Program-made: the position numbers and the translations under genes | In this document: piece after piece, positions 54,867-63,437 of the stretch | Position numbering within the stretch: the stretch's first letter is position 1 | Layout of the letters: each line of letters begins with the position of its first letter | Notes under the pieces: model-generated | What the model saw: the letters and a program-made list of their open reading frames with translations, nothing else | What the model was told of the DNA's origin: nothing | Database searches by the model: none | Origin: Dehalococcoidia bacterium | Lineage (GTDB): Bacteria > Chloroflexota > Dehalococcoidia > Lucifugimonadales > JAGWBF01 | NCBI GenBank assembly: GCA_034422875.1 | Contig: DAOUJI010000107.1 | Span: 6,260 to 70,259, forward strand | Direction: 5' to 3' | DNA: 64,000 bases

Positions 54867-55002
54867 TCACTGACCCAGTTTGGCCTTATTCAATATGGCC
54901 TGCAATCTGTTATCATTCTATCATAACGACTCAATGTCGCCATGACAGGCTGACAGAGCCGCTCGTGGCGACCGACGCATACAACTTTACAGAGGCAGTC
55001 CA

Positions 55003-56274
55003 ATGACTGTGACCACAGAGACGCTAGTCGATAAGGGAAAAGCAGCCAAGGCAGCCGGCCGCATTCTGGCGAGAGCATCCTCAGAAACGAAAAACGCGTT
55101 GCTCCTCAAGACCGCCGACCTGCTCATCGACCGCCAGGAAACCATCATATCGGCCAACCAGCAGGACTACGCCGAGGCCCAGCCTCACCTCTCCGATTCG
55201 ATGCTGGACCGTCTGATGCTCAACTCACAGCGCATCGAAGGGATGGCTCGGGACGTGAGGAACGTAGCCTCACTCCCCGACCCCGTAGGCGAGGTCTTTG
55301 ACATGCGCACCCTTCCCAATGGACTCATGGCGGGCAGAAAACGGGTCCCGTTGGGAGTCGTGGGCTCCATCTACGAAAGCCGCCCCAACGTGACCATCGA
55401 CATATCGGCCCTGTGCCTGAAGTCGGGCAACGCCTGCATACTCAGGGGCGGGAAGGAAGCCATCCAGACCAATTCCATTCTGGCCGGAATAGTCAGGGAC
55501 TCTTTGGTTCAGGTCGACTTACCCGCGGACTGCATGCAGTTCATTGACGACCCGGACCGGGCTCTGGCCAACGGGCTGTTGAAGATGAAGGAATATATCG
55601 ACTTGTTCGTTCCCAGAGGCGGGCCTGACCTGATTCGGTTCGTGGCCCAGGAAGCCGCAATGCCTGTGGTAGCCGGGGGCGTTGGCGTGTGCCACACATA
55701 CGTAGACGGCACGGCAGACCTGGAAAAGGCCGTGGACATTGCGTTCAACGCCAAAGTCCAACGCCCCACCGTATGCAACGCTCTCGACTCATTGCTCGTC
55801 CACTCTTCGACGGCCCCGGACTACTTGCCGCGCATAGCACGGGAATGGGCCAAGGCCGGAGTCGAGATACACGGAGACGGGCGGACCATGAGCATCCTGG
55901 GAGCCGAGCCGGACCTGAACCTTTTGCCGGCCCAAGAGGAAGACTGGGGCCGCGAGTTCCTGTCGCTTACCGCGGCGGTGAAAGTAGTGGACTCCCTCGA
56001 CGAAGCCCTGGAACACATCCAGACCTACGGCTCCGGCCATTCTGAGGCCATCGTCTCCGAAGACTATTCAGCAACCTCCAGGTTCTTGGACGAAGTGGAC
56101 GCCGCGGCGGTCTATGTCAACGCCAGCACCCGCTTCACAGACGGGTCAGCGTTGGGCCTCGGCGCGGAGGTTGGAATAAGCACCCAGAAATTCCATGCCC
56201 GCGGCCCCCTCGGACTAAGGGAGATGACCTCCTACAAATGGATAATTACTGGGAACGGCCAGGTGCGTTCCTAG
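55003..56274 (+). CDS. proA: glutamate-5-semialdehyde dehydrogenase
   Basis: GVVGSIYESRPNVT, CNALDSLLVH and GHSEAIV motifs. Confidence 0.9.
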   Translation: MTVTTETLVDKGKAAKAAGRILARASSETKNALLLKTADLLIDRQETIISANQQDYAEAQPHLSDSMLDRLMLNSQRIEGMARDVRNVASLPDPVGEVFDMRTLPNGLMAGRKRVPLGVVGSIYESRPNVTIDISALCLKSGNACILRGGKEAIQTNSILAGIVRDSLVQVDLPADCMQFIDDPDRALANGLLKMKEYIDLFVPRGGPDLIRFVAQEAAMPVVAGGVGVCHTYVDGTADLEKAVDIAFNAKVQRPTVCNALDSLLVHSSTAPDYLPRIAREWAKAGVEIHGDGRTMSILGAEPDLNLLPAQEEDWGREFLSLTAAVKVVDSLDEALEHIQTYGSGHSEAIVSEDYSATSRFLDEVDAAAVYVNASTRFTDGSALGLGAEVGISTQKFHARGPLGLREMTSYKWIITGNGQVRS

Positions 56275-56306
56275 CCGGAAGCCTTTCGAATTTACTGAGG
56301 TATGTG

Positions 56307-56636
56307 ATGGCCGACTACTACTTTGAGCGCGATTGCAGGACTCCCAACTCCGAGGCCTACGACATCCTGTCCGGCGGCCAGTCCGTAGGAAGGATAGACT
56401 TGCACTATACGACCAGCGTGGTCCACGCCACCCTCTGCGTTCTGGAGAGCTTCACTCAAGAGGACATTCAGGAGCTAATCGACGACATTGACGACGACCT
56501 GATCGACGTAGTCGGAGTGCACCGGGAGGAGTTCATAGTCCACGTCTACCAGGGTCGGGAGACGGGAGTCTTCAGCGACAGTGACTTTGGCGAAGCCGGG
56601 AGCAACGCGGTAAACGGCGGCCCGGCAGAAAACTAG
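56307..56636 (+). CDS. hypothetical acidic protein
   Basis: ATG at 56307 follows GAGG. 109 aa. No family recognised. Confidence 0.4.
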   Translation: MADYYFERDCRTPNSEAYDILSGGQSVGRIDLHYTTSVVHATLCVLESFTQEDIQELIDDIDDDLIDVVGVHREEFIVHVYQGRETGVFSDSDFGEAGSNAVNGGPAEN

Positions 56637-56647
56637 CTGGGCGGGGG

Positions 56648-57592
56648 TTACTTCCTGGAGACGGCGGCTCTCGCGGCTTGGGCTATGCCGGCGGCTGTCA
56701 AGCCGTGCTTTTCGAGAAGCTGGTCCGGCTTGCCCGACTCGGCATACTTCTCCAACCCCACCATCTCTATGGGAACTGGTTTGTTGCGTCCCAGGGTTCC
56801 CGCCACTATGCTCCCCAACCCGCCATAGAGGTAGTGCTCCTCTACGGTAACTACGGCGCCGGTTTCGGACGCAGCCTTAATCAAGGTCTCCTCGTCCACC
56901 GGCTTCAGGGTAGCCATGTTCACGACCCGGCAACTGATTCCCTCGCCTGCCAGAGACTCCGACGCCTCGATTACCAGGTGGAGGACCGCTCCTGTGGACA
57001 CAATGGTCACGTCGGTCCCCTCTCTAATCGTCTCGGCCTTCCCGATGGTGAAGTCGAACCCCTCGGGATGCAATATCGGGGTGGCAGCCCGGTATAGCCT
57101 GATATACACGGGGCCCTTCATGCTGGCCGCCGCCTTGACCGCAGCAACTGTCTCGGGAGCGTCCGACGGTGTGAGCACCGTCATTCCTGGAAGAGAGCAC
57201 ATCAAGGCAAGGTCCTCAATGCTGTGGGCCGAGGCTCCGTCCTCGCCCGTAATGATTCCCGAATGGGTGCAGACTATCTTGACGTTAAGGTGGGGCTGGG
57301 CGATTCCCACCCTTATCTGGTCGAAGGGACGCCCAGTCCCGAACACGGCGAATGTGCTTACGAAGGGAGTCTTTCCGGAGGAAGCCAGCCCCGCAGCCAC
57401 GCTCATCATGTTCTGCTCGGCAGGGCCGAAGTCGAAGAACCGCTCAGGGTAGGCGTCTCTGAACAGGTGGACGAAGGTGGACACGTTCAGGTCGCCGCCG
57501 AGAACGACTATGTTTTCGTCGGTGGCCCCCATGTCCAAGAGCGTCCTGCCGTAGGCTTCTCTAGTGGACGCAGTTGGGGCAGTTGTCGCCAT
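56648..57592 (-). CDS. transketolase, C-terminal (pyrimidine-binding) subunit
   Basis: Starts MATTAPTASTREAYGRTL after a GAGGGAGG RBS. Typical split-transketolase B subunit. Confidence 0.85.
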   Translation of the reverse strand: MATTAPTASTREAYGRTLLDMGATDENIVVLGGDLNVSTFVHLFRDAYPERFFDFGPAEQNMMSVAAGLASSGKTPFVSTFAVFGTGRPFDQIRVGIAQPHLNVKIVCTHSGIITGEDGASAHSIEDLALMCSLPGMTVLTPSDAPETVAAVKAAASMKGPVYIRLYRAATPILHPEGFDFTIGKAETIREGTDVTIVSTGAVLHLVIEASESLAGEGISCRVVNMATLKPVDEETLIKAASETGAVVTVEEHYLYGGLGSIVAGTLGRNKPVPIEMVGLEKYAESGKPDQLLEKHGLTAAGIAQAARAAVSRK

Positions 57593-57606
57593 CCCTACCC
57601 CTCCCT

Positions 57607-58506
57607 CTACGCCAACTCTGCCATGGCCAAAGCGTACTCGTCCTTGTTGGGCGCCTTGCCGTGGAAGTCGGGGTTGTTCTCCATAAAACTGACGCCCTTC
57701 CCCTTCACGGTATGGGCGATAATCATCGTAGGCCGGCCTTTGGTCGCCTTGGCCTCGTCTATGGCATCGAGTATCTGGGCAATGTCGTGGCCGTCCGCCT
57801 CCAGGGTGTTCCAGCCGAAGGCCCTCCACTTGTCCGGCAGGGGCTCAAGCTGCATGACTTGATCGGTGAAGCGGTCGTTTTGAATGCGGTTCCTGTCTAC
57901 GATAGCTGTCAGGTTATCCAACTTGTAGTGGGCGGCGGACATGGCAGCCTCCCACACCTGGCCCTCGTCACACTCCCCGTCTCCCAGAAGCGCGTAGACC
58001 CGGTAATCGGCCTTATCCATTCGCCCGGCAAGGGCGGCGCCTACCGCGAAGGACAGCCCCATGCCCAAGGAGCCGGAGCTCATCTCCACTCCTGGAGTCA
58101 CGACGGAGGCGTGGCCTTGTATGCGGCTGTCTATCTTCCGGAAGGTCCAAAGCTCCTCACGCGGGAAATACCCAGCCCGGCTCAACACCGCGTAGAAACC
58201 CGGACAGGCATGTCCCTTGCTGAGTATGAAACGGTCTCTGTCCTTCCACGAGGGGTTCTGGGGGTCGTAGCGCATCACTTTGAAATAGAGAGCCGAAAGT
58301 ATCTCTATCTCAGACAACGAACCTCCGGGATGCCCGCTGCCCGCCTCGAAAATAATGTCGATGATGTCCCGGCGGAGCTCTTTGACTAGGGACTTCAGTT
58401 CGTCGATTTCAGCGGTGCGCTGTCCGGCGCCCGATCCGGTAGAAGAAGAGACCTCGGCAACGTTGTCCGAGGTCTCTGCAGATTCGCGTCCCGTAGGCGA
58501 GTTCAC
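57607..58506 (-). CDS. transketolase, N-terminal (TPP-binding) subunit
   Basis: GSGHPGGSLS and GDGECDEGQVWEA motifs. GTG start uncertain. Confidence 0.85.
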   Translation of the reverse strand: MNSPTGRESAETSDNVAEVSSSTGSGAGQRTAEIDELKSLVKELRRDIIDIIFEAGSGHPGGSLSEIEILSALYFKVMRYDPQNPSWKDRDRFILSKGHACPGFYAVLSRAGYFPREELWTFRKIDSRIQGHASVVTPGVEMSSGSLGMGLSFAVGAALAGRMDKADYRVYALLGDGECDEGQVWEAAMSAAHYKLDNLTAIVDRNRIQNDRFTDQVMQLEPLPDKWRAFGWNTLEADGHDIAQILDAIDEAKATKGRPTMIIAHTVKGKGVSFMENNPDFHGKAPNKDEYALAMAELA

Positions 58507-58604
58507 ACAGGCCCCCTCTCGTCCTGTTGCGGCAGGCCCGATTATAGCAACGGCCTTGGGGGCTGTCTAGCGTCCCGTCCGCCCTCCGAATATAATCGGA
58601 TTAG

Positions 58605-59456
58605 ATGGTTATCGATTTCCACACGCACGTATTTCCTACGAGCTTTTCTACACGTCGGGAAGAGCTGGCGAAGAAGGACGCAACCTTTGCCGACCTCTAC
58701 GCCAATCCCTCCTCAAAGATGGTGTGTGCCGATGAGCTTATAGCCGCCATGGACAAGGCGGAGATCGAACATTCGGTGATAATGGGAGTGGGTTGGTCGG
58801 ACCGGGAGGTCGCGAGGGAAGCCAACGACTATTTGATTGAGTCAATCGTTAAACACCCAAGACGGCTGACCGGCCTGGCGTCCGTGAACCCTGCCTGGGG
58901 AGACGCAGCCCTGGAGGAGTTGGACCGCTGCACCAAAGCAGGGCTAAGAGGCGTAGGAGAACTGCACCCAGACACCCAGGTTTTCGACATCGCGGACTAT
59001 GAGACTATGGCGCCCATGATGGACATGGCCCATGAGAAGGGACTGCTCGTGCTCACCCACGCCTCCGAGCCGGTCGGCCATCTGTATCCCGGCAAGGGAC
59101 ACACAACTCCAGAAAAGCTCTACGCACTGGCCAGGAACTTCCCGCAAAACACCCTCATCCTCGCCCATTGGGGGGGCGGGCTCCCCTTCTATACGCTCAT
59201 GCCGGAAGTGCGAGAAGAGTTGAGCAGCGTCTACTACGACAGCGCCGCTTCGCCTTTCCTGTACAGCCCTGACGTGTTCCAAAGGGTCGCCGAGATTTGC
59301 GGAGCCGAGCGCATCCTGTTCGGCACCGATTTCCCGTTGCTCAGGCAATCTCGAATACTGGACCAGGTGCGCGGGTCTTGTCTTCCCGACCTCGACCAAG
59401 CCGCGATTCTGGGGGGCAACGCACGTCTACTGCTGGGATTAGAGGCGCGGGCCTGA
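58605..59456 (+). CDS. amidohydrolase-2 family metal-dependent hydrolase
   Basis: MVIDFHTHVFP N-terminus, with later HW/GTDFP motifs. Confidence 0.75.
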   Translation: MVIDFHTHVFPTSFSTRREELAKKDATFADLYANPSSKMVCADELIAAMDKAEIEHSVIMGVGWSDREVAREANDYLIESIVKHPRRLTGLASVNPAWGDAALEELDRCTKAGLRGVGELHPDTQVFDIADYETMAPMMDMAHEKGLLVLTHASEPVGHLYPGKGHTTPEKLYALARNFPQNTLILAHWGGGLPFYTLMPEVREELSSVYYDSAASPFLYSPDVFQRVAEICGAERILFGTDFPLLRQSRILDQVRGSCLPDLDQAAILGGNARLLLGLEARA

Positions 59457-60037
59457 TGGTGCGTGCCTTTATTGCAGTAGAAGTCCCGTCTCCTGCCCGA
59501 CGGGCGCTTGGTTCGGTCATCCAGGACCTGAAACGCAAGCGGGTCACAGGAGTACGATGGGTCGACCCAAAGGGAATCCACGCCACGTTGAAGTTCCTGG
59601 GAGAAATAGAGCCTGAGTCCATCGACCGCGTGATGGAGGGTCTGGGCAAGGCGTGCAGCGGCTCCACACCCTTCAGTGTCGGCCTGTCAGGGACTGGCGC
59701 TTTCCCCAACACACGCGGCCCAAAAGTGCTGTGGGTGGGACTGTCAGGAGACATGGACCGGCTCAAAACCCTACAAACGGCCATCGACCAGGAGATGCAC
59801 TCAGTCCTCGGTCTGGACATCGAGACCCGCCGCTTCAATCCTCACCTGACCCTGGGCAGAGTCCGGAACGGAGTGCTGCCCTTTGGACAGCGGGACATAG
59901 GCAAGGTGGTGGAAAACTTCAAGCTGAAGGAGTCCCACGCATGGACCGTTGACCGCGTCCAACTGATTCAGAGCACCCTCACGCCCGATGGCCCCATATA
60001 CGAGACCCTCGGCACACAGCCATTGGCTTCTCAGTAA
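59456..60037 (+). CDS. thpR: RNA 2',3'-cyclic phosphodiesterase (2H family)
   Basis: MVRAFIAVEVP, HATLKFLG and PHLTLGR (two HxT/S motifs). The ATG overlaps the upstream stop (TGATG). Confidence 0.85.
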   Translation: MVRAFIAVEVPSPARRALGSVIQDLKRKRVTGVRWVDPKGIHATLKFLGEIEPESIDRVMEGLGKACSGSTPFSVGLSGTGAFPNTRGPKVLWVGLSGDMDRLKTLQTAIDQEMHSVLGLDIETRRFNPHLTLGRVRNGVLPFGQRDIGKVVENFKLKESHAWTVDRVQLIQSTLTPDGPIYETLGTQPLASQ

Positions 60038-60062
60038 ATGGTCGCTGTACGACCGTCAGAGC

Positions 60063-60100
60063 CTGCACAAATTGCAAGTAATACTTTCAATCTACGCATT
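60063..60100 (+). repeat. 38-nt direct repeat, copy L (just beyond the 3' end of the AAA ATPase gene)
   Basis: CTGCACAAATTGCAAGTAATACTTTCAATCTACGCATT compared with copy R at 61325..61362. Confidence 0.75.
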
Positions 60101-60112
60101 TTGGGCGCGTGA

Positions 60113-61303
60113 TTAAGGCTCCGCAGTGTTTTGATTCAATTCAAATCTTTCCAAGACCTGAGGGAAATCGCGCAACGGCGTTATCTCGACGTCGCTCCGA
60201 GACTGCCGGGCCGTTCCTCCATATACCACCGCCCTTCCAGATATCTCGGGAACTAACTCAGACACGCGATTGAGGGAACGGAAGAAGTCGGAAGAAATAG
60301 TTGAGCCAGACTTGACCTCGATGGCGCATATGCCGTTACCGCTTTGATAAAACAGGTCACATTCCAGTCCCCGGGAGTCACGGAAGAAAGATAGATTAGG
60401 TTGCAGCCCCCGATTGGTGCGGCTTTTGAGGGCTTCGACCACTGCCGCATTTTCAAAGAGCGCTCCACGGAGTGGATGAGAGGCTATTTGCGCAGCATGT
60501 TCGATGCCTAAGAGAAAGCTCGCCAGTCCAACGTCGTAGAAGTACAGCTTGGGAGACTTGACCAGTCGCTTTCGAATATTGGTGAAAAAGGGTTGCAGTT
60601 GAAAAACGATGTAGCTCGCCTCCAACACCGTAAGCCACTCACGGGCCGTGGTGTGGGAAACGCCTGCGTCGTCCCCCAAGGAAGTGAGATTGATCAGCTG
60701 GCCTACACGTCCAGCGCATAGGCGCACGAATCTCCGGAAGGTGGACAGGTTTCGTATCTCACCCAACCGGCGCACATCGCGCTCAACGTAGGTCTCGAAG
60801 TAGTCGCCCAGGGCCTGTCGCGGACTGAGCCCTTGGTCGTGAATCCGTGGGTAGAAGCCCGAGTGCAGGATGTCATCAATTGAATCACCGGCTCCGGCCC
60901 TCTGGCGCTCCACCAGGGAGAATGGCAACAGCCGGACCAGGGCCGTACGCCCTGCCAAGGATTGACTGATGGCGTTGGAGAGCCTGAATTGTTCGCTTCC
61001 TGTGAGCACGAACAGGCCGTTCTGTCTAACTTCGTCAGCGAAGACCTGCAAGTATGACAGCAGCGACGGGACATGTTGCACCTCATCGATGACGGCCCCG
61101 CCGCTGAGTTGGGATATAAGGCCCCTCGGGTCGGATTCCGCGAATTCGCGTTGGTCGGGCGCCTCCAAGTTCACGTACGCCAGGTCGGGAAAGGCTGCTC
61201 GGCAGAGGGTTGTTTTGCCGGACTGCCGGGGCCCGGTAACAGTCACAAATGGGTATTGTTGGAACAGGGAGAGCAGCACGGGTGCGACTTCACGTTCAAT
61301 CAT
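60113..61303 (-). CDS. AAA-family ATPase with DUF4143 domain (COG1373-like)
   Basis: Walker A VTGPRQSGKTTL and the typical architecture and length. I prefer the ATG at 61303 (MIEREVAPVLL); the TTG at 61339 lies inside the repeat. Confidence 0.8.
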   Translation of the reverse strand: MIEREVAPVLLSLFQQYPFVTVTGPRQSGKTTLCRAAFPDLAYVNLEAPDQREFAESDPRGLISQLSGGAVIDEVQHVPSLLSYLQVFADEVRQNGLFVLTGSEQFRLSNAISQSLAGRTALVRLLPFSLVERQRAGAGDSIDDILHSGFYPRIHDQGLSPRQALGDYFETYVERDVRRLGEIRNLSTFRRFVRLCAGRVGQLINLTSLGDDAGVSHTTAREWLTVLEASYIVFQLQPFFTNIRKRLVKSPKLYFYDVGLASFLLGIEHAAQIASHPLRGALFENAAVVEALKSRTNRGLQPNLSFFRDSRGLECDLFYQSGNGICAIEVKSGSTISSDFFRSLNRVSELVPEISGRAVVYGGTARQSRSDVEITPLRDFPQVLERFELNQNTAEP

Positions 61304-61324
61304 AGGCGCCAGCGTAGCTAAATT

Positions 61325-61362
61325 CTGCACAATTTGCAAGTGCTACTTTCAATTTGTGCATT
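61325..61362 (+). repeat. 38-nt direct repeat, copy R (upstream of the ATPase gene), internally palindromic
   Basis: CTGCACAATTTGCAAGTGCTACTTTCAATTTGTGCATT. About 32 of 38 positions match copy L by eye. It is itself an imperfect 35-nt palindrome, TGCACAA...TTGTGCA. Confidence 0.75.
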
Positions 61363-61401
61363 GTAAGGGCGTAAACGGCTGGCCTGGCGTTAAGGAACCG
61401 G

Positions 61402-61468
61402 GCGTTGAGAACGGGCTAAGGGCGGACAAGAAGAGGCTTATGATGGAAACCATGCCAAGAAATTCCTG
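61402..61468 (+). repeat. about 70-nt direct repeat, copy A (downstream of the helicase gene)
   Basis: GCGTTGAGAAC..GGGCTAAGGGCGG..AGAGGCTTATGATGGAA..CAAGAAATTCCTG, related to 63354..63425. Confidence 0.65.
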
Positions 61469-61672
61469 TGTGTCGGCGCAGCCGACACAGGGAGTGCAAA
61501 GCAAAAGCTGGCAGCAGTTAGGTGCTTGATCAGGGTTTCAACGCCTCTCTCAGAAGAGGCTGCGCGAGGCGGGCTGACTGGTCATAGTCCTTACGAGTTG
61601 CCCCTACAGGACGTTCCTGATACCCGCTGGTCTATGGCTGAGCGTCGCAGGCATGCCGGGGACTGAGGGCTG

Positions 61673-63055
61673 CTACGACACTGTCTCTCCCGCCGTCACT
61701 CCCCTACCAGAGGCGGTCCATGGCCTGCGAGTGAACCGGCGGCCTAAGCCTCGTTCGATCTCACGCCATTTCCCCTCTTCCTCCAGCGTGATGAACGTCA
61801 CCGCCTCACCGGAACGGCCCATGCGGCCAGTCCGACCGACACGGTGCGTGAACAGCAGTTCCGAGTCGGGCAGGTCATAGTTAATTACCTGGCCAATGCC
61901 CTCAACGTCCAGGCCTCTGGCGGCTACATTCGTCGCCACCAATATCGACGCGGCGCCGGAACGGAAGTCCGTCAACACACGTTCACGTGCACTCTGACTG
62001 AGATTTCCTTGGAGCCCCTCAGCCGGATATCCCAACGAATTGAGATGTCTTGCCAGTTTCTTGACGCCGTGCTTGGTCTTGCCGAAAACGATGACCGAAG
62101 AGCCATCCCGCTGGTCCAACAGCGTTCTAAGAGCTTCCATCTTGTCGCTCTTTTGGATGGTGTAGACCACGTGTTCCACAGCATGAGACTCCCGTACGGT
62201 CGCGTTCAATGCCACGGTTACGGGTTGGCGAAGGTGCTTTTTGGCGGTCTTAGCCACCCAGTCAGGCATGGTTGCAGAGAAGAGCGCCGTTTGCCGTCCG
62301 GTCGGCGTCCGACCAAGGATAGCTTCGACATCCTGGGCAAAACCCTGGTCCAACATTTCGTCAGCTTCATCCAGTACCAGGAACCGGACTGATTGCAGGT
62401 CTAGAGAGCCTTGCCGCAGATGGTCCAGGGTACGGCCCGGTGTGCCCACGACGATTTGGGCTCCGCTCCTCAACGCTTCGTACTCGGGCCTTAGCGACCT
62501 GCCGCCGTAGAGCAACGTCACACGCAATCGCTGGGAAGAAGCCAGGGCTTCTATGACCCCGGCCACCTGAATGGCCAATTCGCGGGTGGGCGTCAACACA
62601 AGCGCCTGGACCTGACGGGTCGACGGGTCGCATTGCTCAATCAGGGGCGCCGCAAACGCCAGAGTCTTTCCCGACCCTGTGGGCGCCTGCGCTATCAGGT
62701 CCCGTCCCTCCAGGAGATTAGGGATGGACTGTTCTTGAATCGGTGTGGCTTCCGATATGTTCATCCGGGAAATCGCCGCCCTCGTGGCGCCCTTCAAAGG
62801 CATTTCAGAAAACACCGAGACGGACGTGCCGTCTACCTGGGGATCATTTGAAGCAAATGACTCGCCCCCGGGTGTTGTGACAGGGGAGGAAGGGCCATTA
62901 CGACGGGCTTTGAAGCATCGGCGGCAATATGTAGGTCTGTCCGGGCTTGGCCGGAAGGGGACGGTCGTAGACGCGCCGCAATCAGCGCAAACGGCTTGGC
63001 TGCGCTGGGTGCGAGACGACCGGATTGGGCGACTGGTCAGAGATTCGACAGGCAT
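61673..63055 (-). CDS. DEAD-box ATP-dependent RNA helicase with N-terminal CxxC-x17-CxxC zinc ribbon
   Basis: Q motif, AQAPTGSGKT, DEAD, SAT and HRVGRTGR motifs. The N-terminal segment is CADC-x17-CRRC. Confidence 0.9.
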   Translation of the reverse strand: MPVESLTSRPIRSSRTQRSQAVCADCGASTTVPFRPSPDRPTYCRRCFKARRNGPSSPVTTPGGESFASNDPQVDGTSVSVFSEMPLKGATRAAISRMNISEATPIQEQSIPNLLEGRDLIAQAPTGSGKTLAFAAPLIEQCDPSTRQVQALVLTPTRELAIQVAGVIEALASSQRLRVTLLYGGRSLRPEYEALRSGAQIVVGTPGRTLDHLRQGSLDLQSVRFLVLDEADEMLDQGFAQDVEAILGRTPTGRQTALFSATMPDWVAKTAKKHLRQPVTVALNATVRESHAVEHVVYTIQKSDKMEALRTLLDQRDGSSVIVFGKTKHGVKKLARHLNSLGYPAEGLQGNLSQSARERVLTDFRSGAASILVATNVAARGLDVEGIGQVINYDLPDSELLFTHRVGRTGRMGRSGEAVTFITLEEEGKWREIERGLGRRFTRRPWTASGRGVTAGETVS

Positions 63056-63353
63056 ACGGAAACAGACTCCTTGGCATACAGAGGTGACACAGGTGATTCA
63101 GCGCGGGGCGAAAAGACAAGAGTGCGGGGTCTGACGGTCCGTTGCTGTGCGAAACCTTGGCGCGTAAATGGGCGCGCACCCGCTATTGTAACAGACTTGC
63201 CCCAAGACGTATACGGGTGCGGATGTCGGTAACAGCCCAGACTTCGTGAGACATGCGGGCAGTAGGCATGATGCGAGAGGATCCCCCCAATATTGCGCCC
63301 AGACAGCGACTACCGGTAGGCCGGGCGCCGTGAGACATCGTTTTGGGCAGCGG

Positions 63354-63425
63354 GTGTTGAGAACCGGGGAGGGGACGGGCTGACGGCAGGCGGGAAAAGG
63401 CTTATGATGGAACAAGAAATTCCTG
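63354..63425 (+). repeat. about 70-nt direct repeat, copy B (upstream of the helicase and of the TIM-barrel gene)
   Basis: GTGTTGAGAAC..GGGCTGACGGCAGG..AAAGGCTTATGATGGAACAAGAAATTCCTG. Confidence 0.65.
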
Positions 63426-63437
63426 AAGGGGGTCCAA

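Noticed and set aside
63098-63415. 105 aa reverse-strand ORF upstream of the helicase
   Set aside because: It lies in the helicase leader and promoter region, has a Pro/Cys-rich unprotein-like sequence, and overlaps repeat copy B.
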